A DNA stretch of 64,000 bases from positions 75,692 through 139,691 of IMG/VR virus record IMGVR_UViG_3300001528_000534; one strand, 5' to 3'. Both the position numbers and the translations under genes were made by a program. The notes under the pieces were generated by a model that was given only the letters and a program-made list of their open reading frames with translations, was not told the DNA's origin and made no database searches. Shown here in pieces: positions 1 through 13,103 of this stretch. The stretch comes from a virus. Taxonomy: Duplodnaviria; Caudoviricetes. How positions within the stretch are numbered: the stretch's first letter is position 1; every line of letters starts with the position of its first letter.

Positions 1-1
1 T

Positions 2-1162
2 TCTTTTTCTTTTATGAAGGAATGGAAAGAGCCGGGTGAATATGGTCTTATGGAAGACTAGTCTTCTGGTATTAGATTCGATGTCGATTCTGGCTTGGAG
101 GTCATTGGTAAAATTACCGCTAAATCGGGTGAAATTGGTGGATGGCTGATAGAAGATGATTCGATTTCTGCCAAAAATGGTACTATGATTATCCATAGTG
201 ACGGTAGAATTTCAGGACTCTCTAGCTCAGATGGCGGAGGAAATCTTTCTGGTTCAATGTTTTCTGTTGGTTCTTCTTATAAAACAGGACTAAGAGATGG
301 TGGCTTATACATCTATGGAGCGGCAGGCATTAGTTCTTCTGAATATAATAAAATTTCTAAAAATGAAGAACAGGCTAAAAAAGAAGCTGATAAAAATGGA
401 TATACCGCACCTGAAAGTACAATATTTAAAAATGGAAATGATGCTTTTAAATGGGGCATGAGAGGTGTTTTAGATGTCTATGAATATGCAGATTATGGTC
501 CCGGTGTGCGATTAAGTTCTAAGAACCCCGGTTATAAAATGGAAACAGAAGAAGGAGAAGAAATCAAGGTTGATACACCTATTTACTTTTGCGTAGATGG
601 AAAAATAGCTATGATTTTATAGTCTAGTAATGATGATGACCCTGATACTTTACCTGATGAAAGCAAATAGCGCTTATTTTTCCCTTATTCTATTACAAAT
701 TATTAGAAAAATCCTGATGGTTCTTATGTATTAGACGCAGACGGTAATAAATAGGTAGAAAATATTGAACAAAAAGAAGGTACTACTTTAGATAGAAATC
801 AAGTTTACTCAAACGATTTCGTTTTCTTAAAAGAAGATTTAAAAACAAATGCTTAGACAGCAGTTTCCGCAATTAATGAACTTGCTTCTGTACCCAAAAA
901 AGCTTAGTATAAGAAAGGAACAGGAGAATATGATACTATAAAAGAATATTATGATGTTGTTAAAAAAGAAAAGCAAGAAGACGGTAGCATTAAAGAAGTA
1001 AAAGCAGAAGAAATTTATGAATATCATATTGGTGTCGTTAATCGAGACGAAGAAGATGAAGAAGTTACTTATATTGAACGTCAAGAAATTAAAGATGAAG
1101 AAGGAAATATAATTGTTAAAGGTTTTAAAATGGCTTTAGAAGGATTCTTTACAGGAATATAA
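2..1162 (+). CDS. Tail/host-specificity-like protein, C-terminal part (5' truncated; TAG read as Gln)
   Basis: Frame open from the window edge to TAA at 1160-1162 if TAG is sense; ITAKSGEIGGWLI motif typical of phage tail proteins. Confidence 0.6.
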
Positions 1163-1178
1163 AGGAGATTAACCTATT

Positions 1179-1367
1179 ATGAAAACAGTAAATGAAATAG
1201 CTATAAAAACAGATGAAGGATTTGAAGGTCCTTATCCAATAGGCACTTCTGATAAATATGTTAACTGTACTTTTAATAACGAGAAAGTAACATTAAATGC
1301 CGCATTGGGAGATATTCAAAAATAGATAAATGAAGTAAAAATTCAATGGACGGATATAGGGGTCTAA
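1179..1367 (+). CDS. Small hypothetical protein (1 in-frame TAG)
   Basis: AAGGAG RBS, ATG to TAA, 62 aa. Confidence 0.6.
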
Positions 1368-1402
1368 AAGAAATAATTTGTTCTTCTATAAAATCATATA
1401 TA
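1361..1402 (+). promoter_or_regulatory. Putative phage late/alternative-sigma promoter GGTC-N8-ATAA-N18-CATATATA
   Basis: Same spacing recurs at six sites upstream of genes. Confidence 0.65.
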
Positions 1403-1420
1403 TAGAAGGAGCGTGAAAAT

Positions 1421-1888
1421 ATGGAGCTAATACAACAATATTCAGTTTCAGAAATAATTATTATGTTAATTCTTTTGGCGGCAGCTTTAAAAGGATTAAT
1501 TAATTTTTATGATTGGGCAAAAGAAAAAATATTAAAGATTTTTCACAAAGAACAAAAAAAAGAAGAAGAAAAGCAAGATATTGAAAAAACATTATCTGAG
1601 CATGATGAAAGAATGAAAAGCCTTATGAAAGGTTAGGATAATCTTAATACTCAGATACAATCACTAATGGAAAAAATAAATTTATTAATAGAATCAGACA
1701 GAGATGATATAAAATCTTGGATTACTGAAAAACATCATTTTTATTGCTTTCATTAGAAATGGATTGATGACTATAGTTTAGACTGTCTTGAAAAACGTTT
1801 TGCGCATTATGAGCAAGAGAATGGAAATTCTTTTGTAGAAGGGTTAATGAAAGATTTAAGGTCTTTACCACGTTAGCCAAAAGAATAA
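1421..1888 (+). CDS. N-terminally membrane-anchored coiled-coil phage protein (holin-like/lysis-associated)
   Basis: TM segment IIIMLILLAAAL, coiled coil, C-terminal HYEQENGNSFV; 3 in-frame TAG, ends TAA. Confidence 0.6.
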
Positions 1889-1917
1889 TAGAATAAGAGA
1901 TAAAGGAGATAAAAGAA

Positions 1918-4527
1918 ATGGCATCAAAAGAAATATTTCCGCCTATTGTTGAAACTTATATGCCAGCTTTTTTATTATCAGATGGAGAGTGTAGAATTTA
2001 TTTCTCACTCTCTTCTTATAATACAGAAGAAGATATTTTAAGAAAAGTACAAATTTCCATTAGGAATTAGAATACTAATAAAACTGAATTTAATATTAAT
2101 AAAGCTACTGGCGGCTATCCTATGGGAATTAAAATTCAAGAATACTTGTATGATACTGAAAAAGATATGTATTATATAACAATAGCAGATTCAGATTTAG
2201 CAGAGTCTTTTAGAAATAATACTTATTATAAAGTTCAATTAAGATTTATTTCTGCGGTAGAAGTTGCTTCAGGAAATGTTCCTTCAAAACCTACTTCTGA
2301 TTGGTTGAATGCTAATTTAGATGCTTTTTCAGAATGGTCAACAGTATGTTTGATTAAAGGAATTTCTGACCCAACTTTAAAAATTAATATTTTTCCTCCT
2401 GCGGGAGTAGAAGAGGACTTGTCTGATAGGCATATTTCTTTAGGTACTTAGTTAGGTACTATTGTAGGAAGATTAACTTTTAAAAATACAACAGAGTCAG
2501 AAACTTTAAAAAGTTATAGAATAAAAATTTATAAAGTAGATGATGCAACTGCCGCACAAACTTTAATTGTAGATAGCGGTATATAGTATCCTACTTAGAC
2601 AAATGAAATAAATTATACTATTAAAAAAATTTTAGATGAATCATTTTTATACAAAGTATATATTGAATTAATAACTAAAAATTTATTTAGTTGGACTCCA
2701 TATTATACTTTTAACATTAATACTTCATAGGGAGACCCCTTTGAAGAAGCTATTTTGTCTGTTCAAGAAGATTCGGAGAACGGTAGAGCTATTATTAAAG
2801 TTTCTTTTAAAGAAGATTTTGCAGATAATTTAGTGATTCGTAGAACTTCTAGTGAAACTAATTTTTCAGAATGGGAAGATATCTCAATTAAGAATTTGGA
2901 TTTAAAGAAAAATGCTCTTTATATTTGGTATGATTATACTATTAAAAGTGGAGTCTGGTATAAATACGCAATTCAAAAAGGAGAGTCTTCTGGAAAGAGA
3001 AGCTTAGCTATTATAAGTAATCCTATTATGGCAATTTTTTCAGACATCTTTTTAAATTCTGGAAATAAGCAATTAAGAATTAAATATAATCCTTCAATAG
3101 ATTCTTTTAAATCAAATATTGTTGAAAGTAAAACTGATACCATTGGTTCAAGATATCCTTTTTTCAATCGTAATAGCATGGTAAATTATAAATCTTTTTC
3201 TATTGGTGGACTTATTACTTTTTTAAGTGATATTGAAACCTCTCTTATTTTAGAGGAAGAAGAAGGTAAATTAATTGATTTAAATGACGAAAATTTATTC
3301 ATTTCAAAAAATAACTTATTTGGAGAAGAAGTGAATAAGCTTTATGAAGAATATAATGATAATCATAATATAACTTTATATAATGATTTTATTTACGAAA
3401 GAGCTTTTAGGGAAGAAGTTATGAATTTTCTTCAAAGTAATACAGTTAAGCTTTTTAGGTCAACTCCTGAAGGTAACTTATTAGTAAAGATTATGGATAT
3501 TAATTTTAGTCCTGACCAAAGTTTAGGTAGATATGTTTATAGTTTTCAAGCTACTGCTTATGAAGTAGCGGATTGCTCTATTGAAAATTATGATAAATAT
3601 AATATTTAGCAGATAGGTGATTTTTTACCTGTTTCTGCAAAAGATGTTGAAACTGTTACCTATAATATTCTAGGACAAGTGTAGTATGAAGATAATTCTA
3701 TAAATGTTGTAAATAAAATTTTAGATAAATTAAAAGCTCAAACAGCAGGTCAAGTGAAAGTTAAAGGATATAATTATTTAAAAATAGATTTCCAAGATTC
3801 TCCATATTATATTAAGAATACGGATAAAGGTCCTATATTAAGCAGCTTTGAAGATTCTGCCGCATATTTAGGATATATTATTACTTTAAATTAGAAAAAT
3901 ATTGCTATTAATGAAAATGGTATTTATGAACTAAATAGTGAAGATGATTTATATAATATTACATCTTTATATTGTTAGGGAAAATGTTTAATAGATTATA
4001 TTGTAAAAGCGGAAGTTTCAGAAAAGAATGAAAACTATACAATTTCACAATAGACTATAAAAACAAATAAAAATATAATTTATACTAAAGAAATTTCTTA
4101 GTTATCAGGCATCTTTTAGTATAATGTTTAGTTATCAAAATATTTAAAGAGCGATTATATTACAAATTTAGACCTTTCTGCTGATGAAAATACTTGTTGG
4201 GAAATTACTTTTGATAACAAAATTAGTTATTATATTCTTGGAAAAACAGAGTTACTTGCTTTAGATAATGTTATTATAAAAGATATTGTTCCAAAAGGAA
4301 TAGCAATTCCCGCAAATGAATATAATACTAAAAAAATAAAAATAGAGAATGATAAATTATATTATTTATATAAAAATAAATGGGTAATTTGTACACCTTA
4401 TGCTTATGTAGAGGATAGACCTGAAGAGTGCTCTATTGAAAATTATTAGGATAGTGATTTCTTAGAATTAAATATTGACACAGAAGCTATTATAAATTAT
4501 ACTTATGAAAGAGAGGAAACATATTAA
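1918..4527 (+). CDS. Large structural (tail/baseplate-like) protein
   Basis: RBS AAGGAG; track ORFs 2122 and 2755 are in one frame joined through TAGs; ends TAA. Confidence 0.7.
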
Positions 4528-6416
4528 TGAAAATTATAGAATCTGAATATTTAAAAGATGATAAATTTCTTTCTTTAATAGACTCTCTTTAGATTAAAGA
4601 ATAGTATATTAAATTAACTCTTTTAACTTGGGATGAAGAACCTATTGAAGATATCGAAGGATACAGTACCGGTGGCAATTTAAATTTAGATGGAAATTCT
4701 AGTATTAGAAGAACTTGCAATTTAGAAATGGTTTCTCCTGATACAGATTTAGATTTTTTTAATCTCAATAGAATGATTAGTTTAAATAAAAAAGTATATT
4801 TATGGATAGGAATAAAGAATACTACTTCTCAATATACTAATTATCCTATCATATGGTTCCCTTAGGGAATGTACATCATGATGTCACCTTCTATTTCTCA
4901 TACTTCTAATGGTATTTCTATTTCTCTTTCCCTTCAAGATAAAATGTGTTTATTAAATGGAACTTGCGGCGGCACCCTCCCCGCTTCAGTTACTTTTCAT
5001 GAAATAGAAGAAGAAATAGACGGCAAAGTTGTCATTAATAAACCAACAATATATCAAATTATTCAAGAGCTTGTGAATCATTTTGGAGGACAAGATTTAA
5101 GTAAAATTATAATTGAAGGATTAGATACGAGAGTTAGACAAGTTATGAAATGGAATGGAGATGAGCCTATTTATCTTCATGAATTTTCTGATGGTCAAAC
5201 AGTTTAGAGATATTTTTCTTACGATGCTGGAGGTAAGAAATTTGACCCCGGTTATGATATTGGATATATTTATACCGATTTTACCTATCCGGGGGAACTA
5301 ATTGGAGATGCAGGGAGCACTGTTTGTGACATTCTCGATGAAATTAAAGAAACATTAGGCAATTATGAATATTTTTTTGATATTTATGGAAATTTTGTTT
5401 TTCAAGAAATAAGAAATTATTTAAATACTACTAAAGCAACTTCTGATTTAAATGATTTAGAAAAAGATAATAATTATGTTATAGATATATCAAATGGAAA
5501 AAGAGCTTATTCTTTTGACGAAAATTTATTAGTTACTTCTTTTTCTAATGCGCCTTCTTTTGATAATATTAAAAATGATTTTTTAGTATGGGGTATGAAG
5601 ACTACTGCTAGTGGCAATACTTTACCTATTCGATATCATTTATCTATTGATGAAAAGCCTCAGGTAGGGAATACTTATTCTATAAAAGTCAAAAGAGATG
5701 AAGATAATAAAATTATAAATGTTTATCCTGCTGATATGGAAATAGAAGATACAGAAACTATTACTATTATAACAAAAGATTGGCGGACAGAATTGTATTT
5801 ATAGGGAACAATGTCCGAAACTTTAGGGGTAGAATACAATTATTATTATACTGAATTAATGAATGAATGGTTGAAATTGTATGATATTGAAAATGGAAAA
5901 TTTTATGATGATTTAGTAATTACAGATTTAGATTTTTATTTGGATTTTATTGATACAAATGCATCTATTGGAGATTTTAATATTAAAAATATTGGACGTA
6001 GAAGTAAGGTATTAGTTGATGACAAAATAAATTGCTTGTTTGAACCAGAAATTCCAAACATAATTATTTTAGAAGCGGGAAATGATGATTTGTCTTCTCT
6101 AAAACAAGAGTGTGAAAATAGAGGAGAAGAATGGATTTAGGTTAATCCAGATATTTATAATAATATGGTTATGGGCGGTCAATTTAATAGTGCATTATAT
6201 GCAATTAAAGATTTACTTTATCAATATACTAATTATAATGAAAGTATAACCATTCAAGCGATACCTGTATTTCATTTAGAGCCGAATATTAGAATTGGTG
6301 TTGTAGATAATGAAAGTGGTATTAATGGTGATTATATGATTAACAATATTTCATTGCCTTTAGAACCCGGCGGAGAAATGTCGATATCAGCAATAAAAGC
6401 GTTATAGAAGATTTGA
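4527..6416 (+). CDS. Tail/baseplate hub-like protein (DUF5048-like)
   Basis: Track ORFs 4869, 5595, 5811 and 6165 in one frame joined by TAG; GGNLNLDGNSSIRRTC and C-terminal YMINNISLPL motifs; ends TGA. Confidence 0.65.
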
Positions 6417-6425
6417 GGTGAAATA

Positions 6426-6959
6426 ATGATAGGTCAATTAATAAAATCAGATAGCACAAAATATATAACTAATCTTAATTATAATAAAATTAATGAGTAG
6501 ACTTTTAAAATTAATTTTAATAAAGGTAGTAAATATTATATTAAAATTTAGTTTGATATTAGCGAAACTCCGCAAGATGTATAGGTATACCTGTCTACAG
6601 ACAGTTCTGTTTTACAAGAAAATAAGATTGATATTTTTTATTTCCCAGAGGAAACTCCTTTGACAAAAGAAATTGTTATAGCGCCTAATAAAGATTATAA
6701 TTTTATATATATATCTTTTAGTCAAGAAACAGTTGCTATTATTAATTTATAGATATATAAAATTGAAAATATTTTACCCGTTGCAGAAGTCAATAAAATA
6801 GGCGTTTGGGGAAATCCTTCTTAGATATTATGCATTAATGGAGAGAAAATTCAAATTGGAAGAACAGGTATCTATGAAATTTATAATTAGGATATTTTAA
6901 TTAATTTTATAGGTGTTATTCCACAAGAAACAAATTTTATTATAGATTATGAATATTAA
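6426..6959 (+). CDS. Hypothetical structural protein
   Basis: GAGGTG RBS; open with TAG=Gln; INGEKIQIGRTGIYE motif. Confidence 0.65.
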
Positions 6960-6976
6960 AGAGGAGGGTATAAATT

Positions 6977-8608
6977 ATGGGTAGTTTTTATGGCGGACGT
7001 AGAGGCGCCTCCGCATAGATAGTTAAAACATATAATTCTTATTCAGAAATGGAAACTGACTTTTCTTCTTCTGATTGTTCTGTTGGATATAATGAATATG
7101 TTATTGTAAATGAAAATGATTAGAGTATATTATACAAAAAAACTTTTACTGTGCCAGAAAAAATTGGTTCTTTAATGCCAAATAAAGATTTAAAAGTAAT
7201 AGATTTTGATATTGCTCTTAAATCTTATGAGGATATAAAATCAGAAACTGGAGCTGTTGAAAAAGAATCTACTTTAGAAAATGGAGATATAATTCCGGGC
7301 AAAGAAACTATTAACGGAGAAATTAAATATAATGATAAATTATATTATATTTATAACAATATTTTAAATGGAGAAGGAGATACCGTTATTTCAGAGATAG
7401 GTGTTAAAGTTCCTTATTCTGTAATAGATTTTTCTGCGGATATTTTAGAAGGAGACAATGACGCTTCTCATCCTCTATTATCTTAGATTTTTGAAAAAGA
7501 TGAAAAAGGATAGAATATTATACATCCTTTTTCATCTTCTTGGCATTTTAATATCCCACGAGGCAAATCTGGCTCAAGTATTAAAAATTTAAGGGTATTA
7601 AGTGCAGATTCTATTTCTAAATAGAAAATAGCCTTAGTTAATAGACCTCAGATACCAGAAGGAGATATTCAAAATTCTATTTAGTATTTAATTTATGATG
7701 AATATAATCCTATTACCGATACAACTTTAACTTATTATTTAGGAAATTCAACGTAGATAGAAGATATTTCTTTATCTAACAATGGAACTCTAACTGTTAA
7801 ATATGAAGGTGGTAGAATTGTATCTTTTGATAGAGTGATTAAATGGATAAAAGATATTTCCATTTCTGATGATGGGACTATTACTATAGAATATAACGAT
7901 GATAATTCTGACATTTTTGAAAAGAAAATTCGTTCAATTTCTGATTTGTCTTTTGATGAAAACGGAAAATTTATTATTTCAGATAATCAAAATAATGTTA
8001 TTAATCAAGAAATCAAATGGATTAAAGATGTTCAAATAAATGAGCAAACTTAGAAAATTAATATTACTTATAATATCCTCGATAATGAAGGGAAAAATAT
8101 AACTACAGAAATAGGTTCTCCTCTTAATTATATTGTAAGAACTGCAATAGATAATAATTATAATTTATTAATTTATAATAGCGACCCTGAAATAAGAAAA
8201 AAGCTTGGCTCTTCTGCAGTTACTTATGATGGTTTAGAAGGATGGTAGAATTTAGGAAATATTAAAGAGGATAGTGGAATCCTTATTGGTAAAAATTATG
8301 AAAATTTAAATAATTATAGCCAAGAAAATATTATTAAAAAATTAAATACAGATTATCCAAAAGGTTTATTAAATTTAGATAAAGGTAAAGTAATAACTGT
8401 TGGTGCAAACAATCAAATTAAATCTTTTTATGCTTTTGATTATGACTAGAATACGTGGTATTTTTTAGGGAAAATTGGAGATTTAAGCAGATACCCTAAC
8501 TCTGGAGTTTTTGTTGGAAAATCTGATTTTAATACCAACGATAAATTAGAATCTTTGAATGTTGGCGGTTTTTGGTTCGTTACTTATGGAGAGGACGATG
8601 AAACATGA
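6977..8608 (+). CDS. Hypothetical structural/fibre protein with short beta repeats (WIKDISISDDG)
   Basis: GGAGGG RBS; track ORFs 7151 and 7835 joined by TAG; ends TGA. Confidence 0.65.
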
Positions 8609-8850
8609 TTTTATCTTATTAGGGTTCTATTAATAAACATTTTAATAAAGGAGAAGAAGTTATTTCTTCTCCTTCTTTTTTTAAGCAAATAGGAATAGAA
8701 ATATTAAAAGATTTTCCTATTAATGTTATTATTAATAATCAATCTTTTACTATTAATTCTAATAGAATTTTTGAGTTAGAAAATATACAAATTAATAGTT
8801 TAAAATTTAGTAATCCAGTGGATGCGGCAATCACCTATATCTTAGGCTAA
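8605..8850 (+). CDS. Small hypothetical protein
   Basis: ATGA overlap with previous gene; open with TAG=Gln. Confidence 0.55.
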
Positions 8851-8853
8851 ACT

Positions 8854-8895
8854 GGGCAAGTTCAGATAATTTTCTCATTTTGAAATACATATTAT
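8854..8895 (+). promoter_or_regulatory. Putative late/alternative-sigma promoter GGGC-N8-ATAA-N18-CATATTAT
   Basis: Motif copy upstream of the 8952-12526 module. Confidence 0.65.
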
Positions 8896-8951
8896 ATAGT
8901 GAAAAATCACAGATGAAATAAAATATTTCAAAATAGGAAGAAGGTTTATAA

Positions 8952-9434
8952 ATGAATTTCCCTAATTACAATGGTGCTACCAATTATTATAGTGGATATT
9001 AGCAATATCCATAGATACCTTATAATAATAATTTCCAAGGAAATAATTTTAATTAGCCTTTGTCTCAATAGAATACTGCTCCTCAACAATTTAATTTATA
9101 GGCTCCTAATACGCTGAATGGAAAAATAGTTGAAAGTAAAGATATTGTTTCTGTTACAGAAATTCCTTTAGGTGGATATGGGTTATTCCCAAAAGCTGAT
9201 TTAAGCGAAATTTATGTAAAGGTTTGGAATAATTCTGGAACAACTGAAACACTTACTTTTAAGCCAGTAGCAAAAGAAAATGCTGTAAACCAAGAAAATA
9301 CAATGAATGTTATTCTAGAAAAGATAAATGCTTTAGAAAATAAAATTAATTCATTATTACCTATTTCTTCATCGCAAGAACCAAAATAGGAAATATAGGA
9401 AATAAGAAGAGAGGTAAGTGCAAATGCCTACTAA
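8952..9434 (+). CDS. Module gene 1: N-terminal N/Q/Y/P-rich low-complexity protein
   Basis: MNFPNYNGATNYYSGY-Q-QYP-Q...; TAGs sit among CAA codons; missing from the ORF track. Confidence 0.75.
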
Positions 9435-9666
9435 TCCAATGATGTTTTTAATGTCTATGCTAAAAAATGGAGCTAATCCTTAGCAATTAGCTCTTTCTAT
9501 GTTACAATAGCAAGCAGGTAATAATCCCATGATGAATAATTTATTGCAATTAGCACAGAATGGAAAAGGTGTCGAAATTGAATAGATTGCTCGGAATATT
9601 ATGAAAGAAAAAGGTTTAGATTTTGATAAAGAGTTTAATAGTTTTAAAAATAATTTAGGACTATAA
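9424..9666 (+). CDS. Module gene 2: small M/Q/N-rich helical protein
   Basis: MPTNPMMFLMSMLKNGANP-Q-QLAL...; GAGGT RBS; ends TAA. Confidence 0.75.
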
Positions 9667-9707
9667 AACTTTAGAATATAATGATATATTTAAGGAGGAA
9701 TTAACGT

Positions 9708-11288
9708 ATGTTTAATTCAAACACAAGTGGCTACAGTTTAAGTGATATTGCAGCTGCAACAGGAAATGACAGGAATAATAACGACTGCTTTGGCGGAAAT
9801 GGAGCTTGGTAAATTTTATCTGCCAAGGGTAAATCGCGGAATTAAGCGGGAAAGCTGAAATGCCAATCCGAACCGAAGGCTATAGTTACTATAGTCAGGG
9901 GCAACGCATAGAGAGTGAAAAGATATAATCTCTCCACGAGGCCGCGACATTTTTAAGTCATAAAATCAATGGACATGGTAGGATAATTATCCCCCTTTTA
10001 TTTTCAAGTATATATGTGAAATAAATTTAAAGGAGAATTTTACTATATGGCACCAAAAATGTTAACACTTGAAGATTATGAAATTACAAGAGATGGACAA
10101 GTAATTAATAAACATACCAATCATGTTCTAAAACCACAGCCAAATGCAAAAGGATACTTAAGAGTATCCATTGGCAAAAAATTAGTTTTTGTACATCGTT
10201 TAGTAGCTAAAAAATATATATCTAACCCAAATAACCTACCTCAAGTAAATCACAAAGATGGAAACAAATTAAATAACAATATGGAAAATTTAGAATGGGT
10301 AAGCAATTTAGAAAATAGGGCTCATGCAGTAAAAACTGGATTACATTTATCTGGTGAAAAAGCTACTAATCATAAATTAAATTGGGATTCAGTAGAATAT
10401 ATAAGAAAGCATCCTGAAATTCCAAGTTCTGAGTTAGCAGAAGAATTTGGAGTATCAAGAGCCACTATAAACGATGTAAAAAAATATCGTACTTGGAAAA
10501 TTAAAAATGACTTAAATAGTTGAAAAGATATGCTGAACTAATACGAAAGGTAAGTATTAGAATTATAGGATAAAAAACCTATAAGATAACAATATAATGG
10601 GATTATTATTCTTTTCTTATTCTGTTTTGCAGGCGGATGGGGCAATGGTCGCGGAGGTCTTTTCGGAGGAGAAGGAGCTACCGCTTCAGGAATCACAGAT
10701 GGCTATATTTTAACATCTGATTTTGCAAATCTTGAAAGAAAAATTGATGGTGTAAATAATGGTCTTTGTGATGGCTTCTATGCTATGAATACTGGTATGC
10801 TCAATGGCTTTAACACTTTAGGAAACAATATTCAAAGTGCTCAAGCTGCTGTGACTGCCGCAGTTAATGCTGATACTATTGCAAATATGTAGAATACAAA
10901 TAGTCTTACAGCTCAGTTAACAGGTTTAGGCACTCAACTTCAGCAATGTTGCTGCGATTAGAGATATGAGTCCGCTACTCAGTTTGCTAATTTAAATTAC
11001 AATCTTGCTGACCAGTCTTGCCAAACACGCAGAACAATTACAGATGCTTCTAAAGACATAATTGCAAATCAAGATGCAAATACTCGTTCAATTCTTGATT
11101 TCTTAACTCAGGATAAGATTGCTTCTCTTACAGCAGAAAATCAGTCTCTTAAATTTGCTGCTTCTCAACAAGCACAAAATAACTATCTTGTTCATGCAAT
11201 CAATCCTGCACCCGTTCCTGCATATGTTGTAGCAAATCCTTATTGCAATTGCAACACTTATAACGGATGCGGATGCGCTAATATCTGA
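9708..11288 (+). CDS. Module gene 3: Gly-rich hydrophobic segment, coiled coil and Cys-rich tail; exons 9708-9810 and 10600-11288
   Basis: Splicing restores GGNGAW-WIIILFLFCFAGGWG; QQCCC and CNCNTYNGCGC motifs; AAGGAGG RBS. Confidence 0.8.
9971..10012 (+). promoter_or_regulatory. Intron-internal promoter motif GGAC-N8-ATAA-N18-CAAGTATA
   Basis: Motif copy just upstream of the HNH ORF. Confidence 0.55.
10047..10523 (+). CDS. Intron-encoded HNH homing endonuclease
   Basis: VHRLVA...VNHKDGNKLNNNMENLEW; C-terminal HTH. Confidence 0.9.
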   Translation: MAPKMLTLEDYEITRDGQVINKHTNHVLKPQPNAKGYLRVSIGKKLVFVHRLVAKKYISNPNNLPQVNHKDGNKLNNNMENLEWVSNLENRAHAVKTGLHLSGEKATNHKLNWDSVEYIRKHPEIPSSELAEEFGVSRATINDVKKYRTWKIKNDLNS

Positions 11289-11307
11289 TTAATGGGAGGA
11301 ATGAGAT

Positions 11308-11727
11308 ATGGAAATTACAGCTAACGCAGTGTAGACTGTTGCTGCTAATCAAAATGTTCTTTTTAATGAAACAGCAGTTTCAGGTTCTTGCTCAATCCTC
11401 CACAGAGAAGGTTCAGGTCTCGTAACTTTACGAGGCTTGACCAATCAGTGTAGAGCAAGATTTAAAGTAACATTTGGTGCTAATATTGCTGTTCCTACGG
11501 GTGGAACTGCAGGTGCTATTTCATTAGCTTTAGCTATAAGCGGAGAACCTGTGAATACAACTTCAATGATAGTAACACCTGCCGCAGTCGCAGAATATTT
11601 TAATGTAGCTAGCAGTATATATTTAGACGTACCTAAGAATTGTTGCTTAACAATAGCTGTTGAGAATACTTCAACTCAAGCTATTGATGTATAGAATGCT
11701 AATTTAATTGTAGAAAGGGTGGCTTGA
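11308..11727 (+). CDS. Module gene 4: beta-sandwich protein resembling BclA C-terminal (C1q/TNF-like) domain
   Basis: MEITANAV-Q-TVAANQNVLF...NANLIVERVA; 2 TAG; fold assignment from pattern only. Confidence 0.65.
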
Positions 11728-11732
11728 TTTAA

Positions 11733-12221
11733 ATGGAAAATTTAAAAACTATGAAAAATTAGCTTATCTCTTTAGTACAAAATTAGCTAACTCACACAGA
11801 AACTGTGGATACAAAAGAATTGGGCGAAGCAGTTGATATGATAAAAGATTTGGCAGAAACAATCTATTATTGTACAATAACTGAAGCTATGGAAGAAAAA
11901 GAGCATCACAAAGAAGAAAATTCTTATTACAAATATTATGAAGAACGTCCTATGGGTATGAAAGATAATATGAGAATATCAAGAGATTGGGATTCATCAA
12001 GAGAAGGCTCAAATCCTAAAGACGGTCGTAGTCATATTACTCGTAGATATTATATGGAATCTAAAGAAAAACACTTAGATAATGCTACTACTATGAAAGA
12101 ATTGGAGCATTATCTCTCTGAATTGTCTTCTGATATAGCTGAAATGATAGAAGGCGCAACTCCAGAGGAAAAAATTCTTTTACAATAGAAATTAACAACA
12201 TTAGTTAATAAAATTAAATGA
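11733..12221 (+). CDS. Module gene 5: helical charged protein
   Basis: Extends track ORF 11805 through TAGs to ATG 11733 and TGA 12221. Confidence 0.7.
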
Positions 12222-12526
12222 CTATAACTATTAATAATATAGTTTGGAATATCTCCTTTGAGCCTGCGGATTCTCCTAAATTAAGAAAACATTTAGGAGA
12301 ATTTTCCGTAGGAGTATGTGATTTACAAAATCATTGCATATATATAAATGAGAATGCGAGAGGAGATTTTTTGAAGAAAATCCTTCTTCATGAAATTACT
12401 CATGCTTTTATATATTCATATGATTTATCTTTTGATTATCTTAAAGAAGAATATATTGCAGATTTTGTTGCTTCTTATGGAGAAGCAATATTAGATATTT
12501 ATAAAAAAATAAAGGGAACAGTATGA
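12218..12526 (+). CDS. Module gene 6: small HExxH zinc metallopeptidase-like protein
   Basis: LLHEITHA...EE motif. Confidence 0.75.
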   Translation: MTITINNIVWNISFEPADSPKLRKHLGEFSVGVCDLQNHCIYINENARGDFLKKILLHEITHAFIYSYDLSFDYLKEEYIADFVASYGEAILDIYKKIKGTV

Positions 12527-12560
12527 TTATTAATATATCAACTGTTCCCTTTATTTTTTT
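12511..12560. terminator. Bidirectional intrinsic terminator between convergent genes
   Basis: AAAGGGAACAGT...ACTGTTCCCTTT flanked by A and T tracts. Confidence 0.7.
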
Positions 12561-13076
12561 TTACCATTCTAAAAATGTTTCTTGAGTATTACTGCCAGAA
12601 TTTTTTTGAATGTAAGCATAACCTATTCCAATGGCATCAGCGGTATCATCATTAATATCTTCTTTTATATTGAATGTTGTTTTTACATAAGAGATATCTT
12701 CTTGTTTAAGCTATTCTCTTTTAATACCTCTACCTTGGGCAATACCGCAAACTTTTCGCCATTCACTTGGATATAAAAATTCTACCTTTAAATTATACTT
12801 TTCATGCATTAATAAGACAATCATTGCTTGAAGCCACATTAAAGCTTTATAAGTTTTAATATTATTACCCAATTCTGGGCGGACTTCTTCTAAAATTACA
12901 CATTCTATTGGTGACTAAATTTTCTCTATAATCTATATGATTTCTTTTTTCATCTTATCTAATCGGCATAATAAATCAGAAGAGCTGGCGGTAAAATATC
13001 CATATTGCATTAATTTTTCTTTATCAAAAATAGCGTAGCCTGTACTTTTTGTACTAGCATCTAAAGCTAAAATCAT
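12561..13076 (-). CDS. RuvC-like Holliday junction resolvase
   Basis: MILALDASTKSTGYAIF...ILEE...PSEWRK...DDTADAIGIG; open with TAG=Gln. Confidence 0.8.
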
Positions 13077-13103
13077 TAATTGACACCCACTTTCATTTTT
13101 TAA

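Larger units (their letters stand above)
9811..10599 (+). mobile_element. Group I intron in module gene 3
   Basis: 5' exon ends in U and intron ends in G; core GCGGAATTAAGCGGGAA...CAGGGGCAACGCATAG...AAGATATGCTG. Confidence 0.85.
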
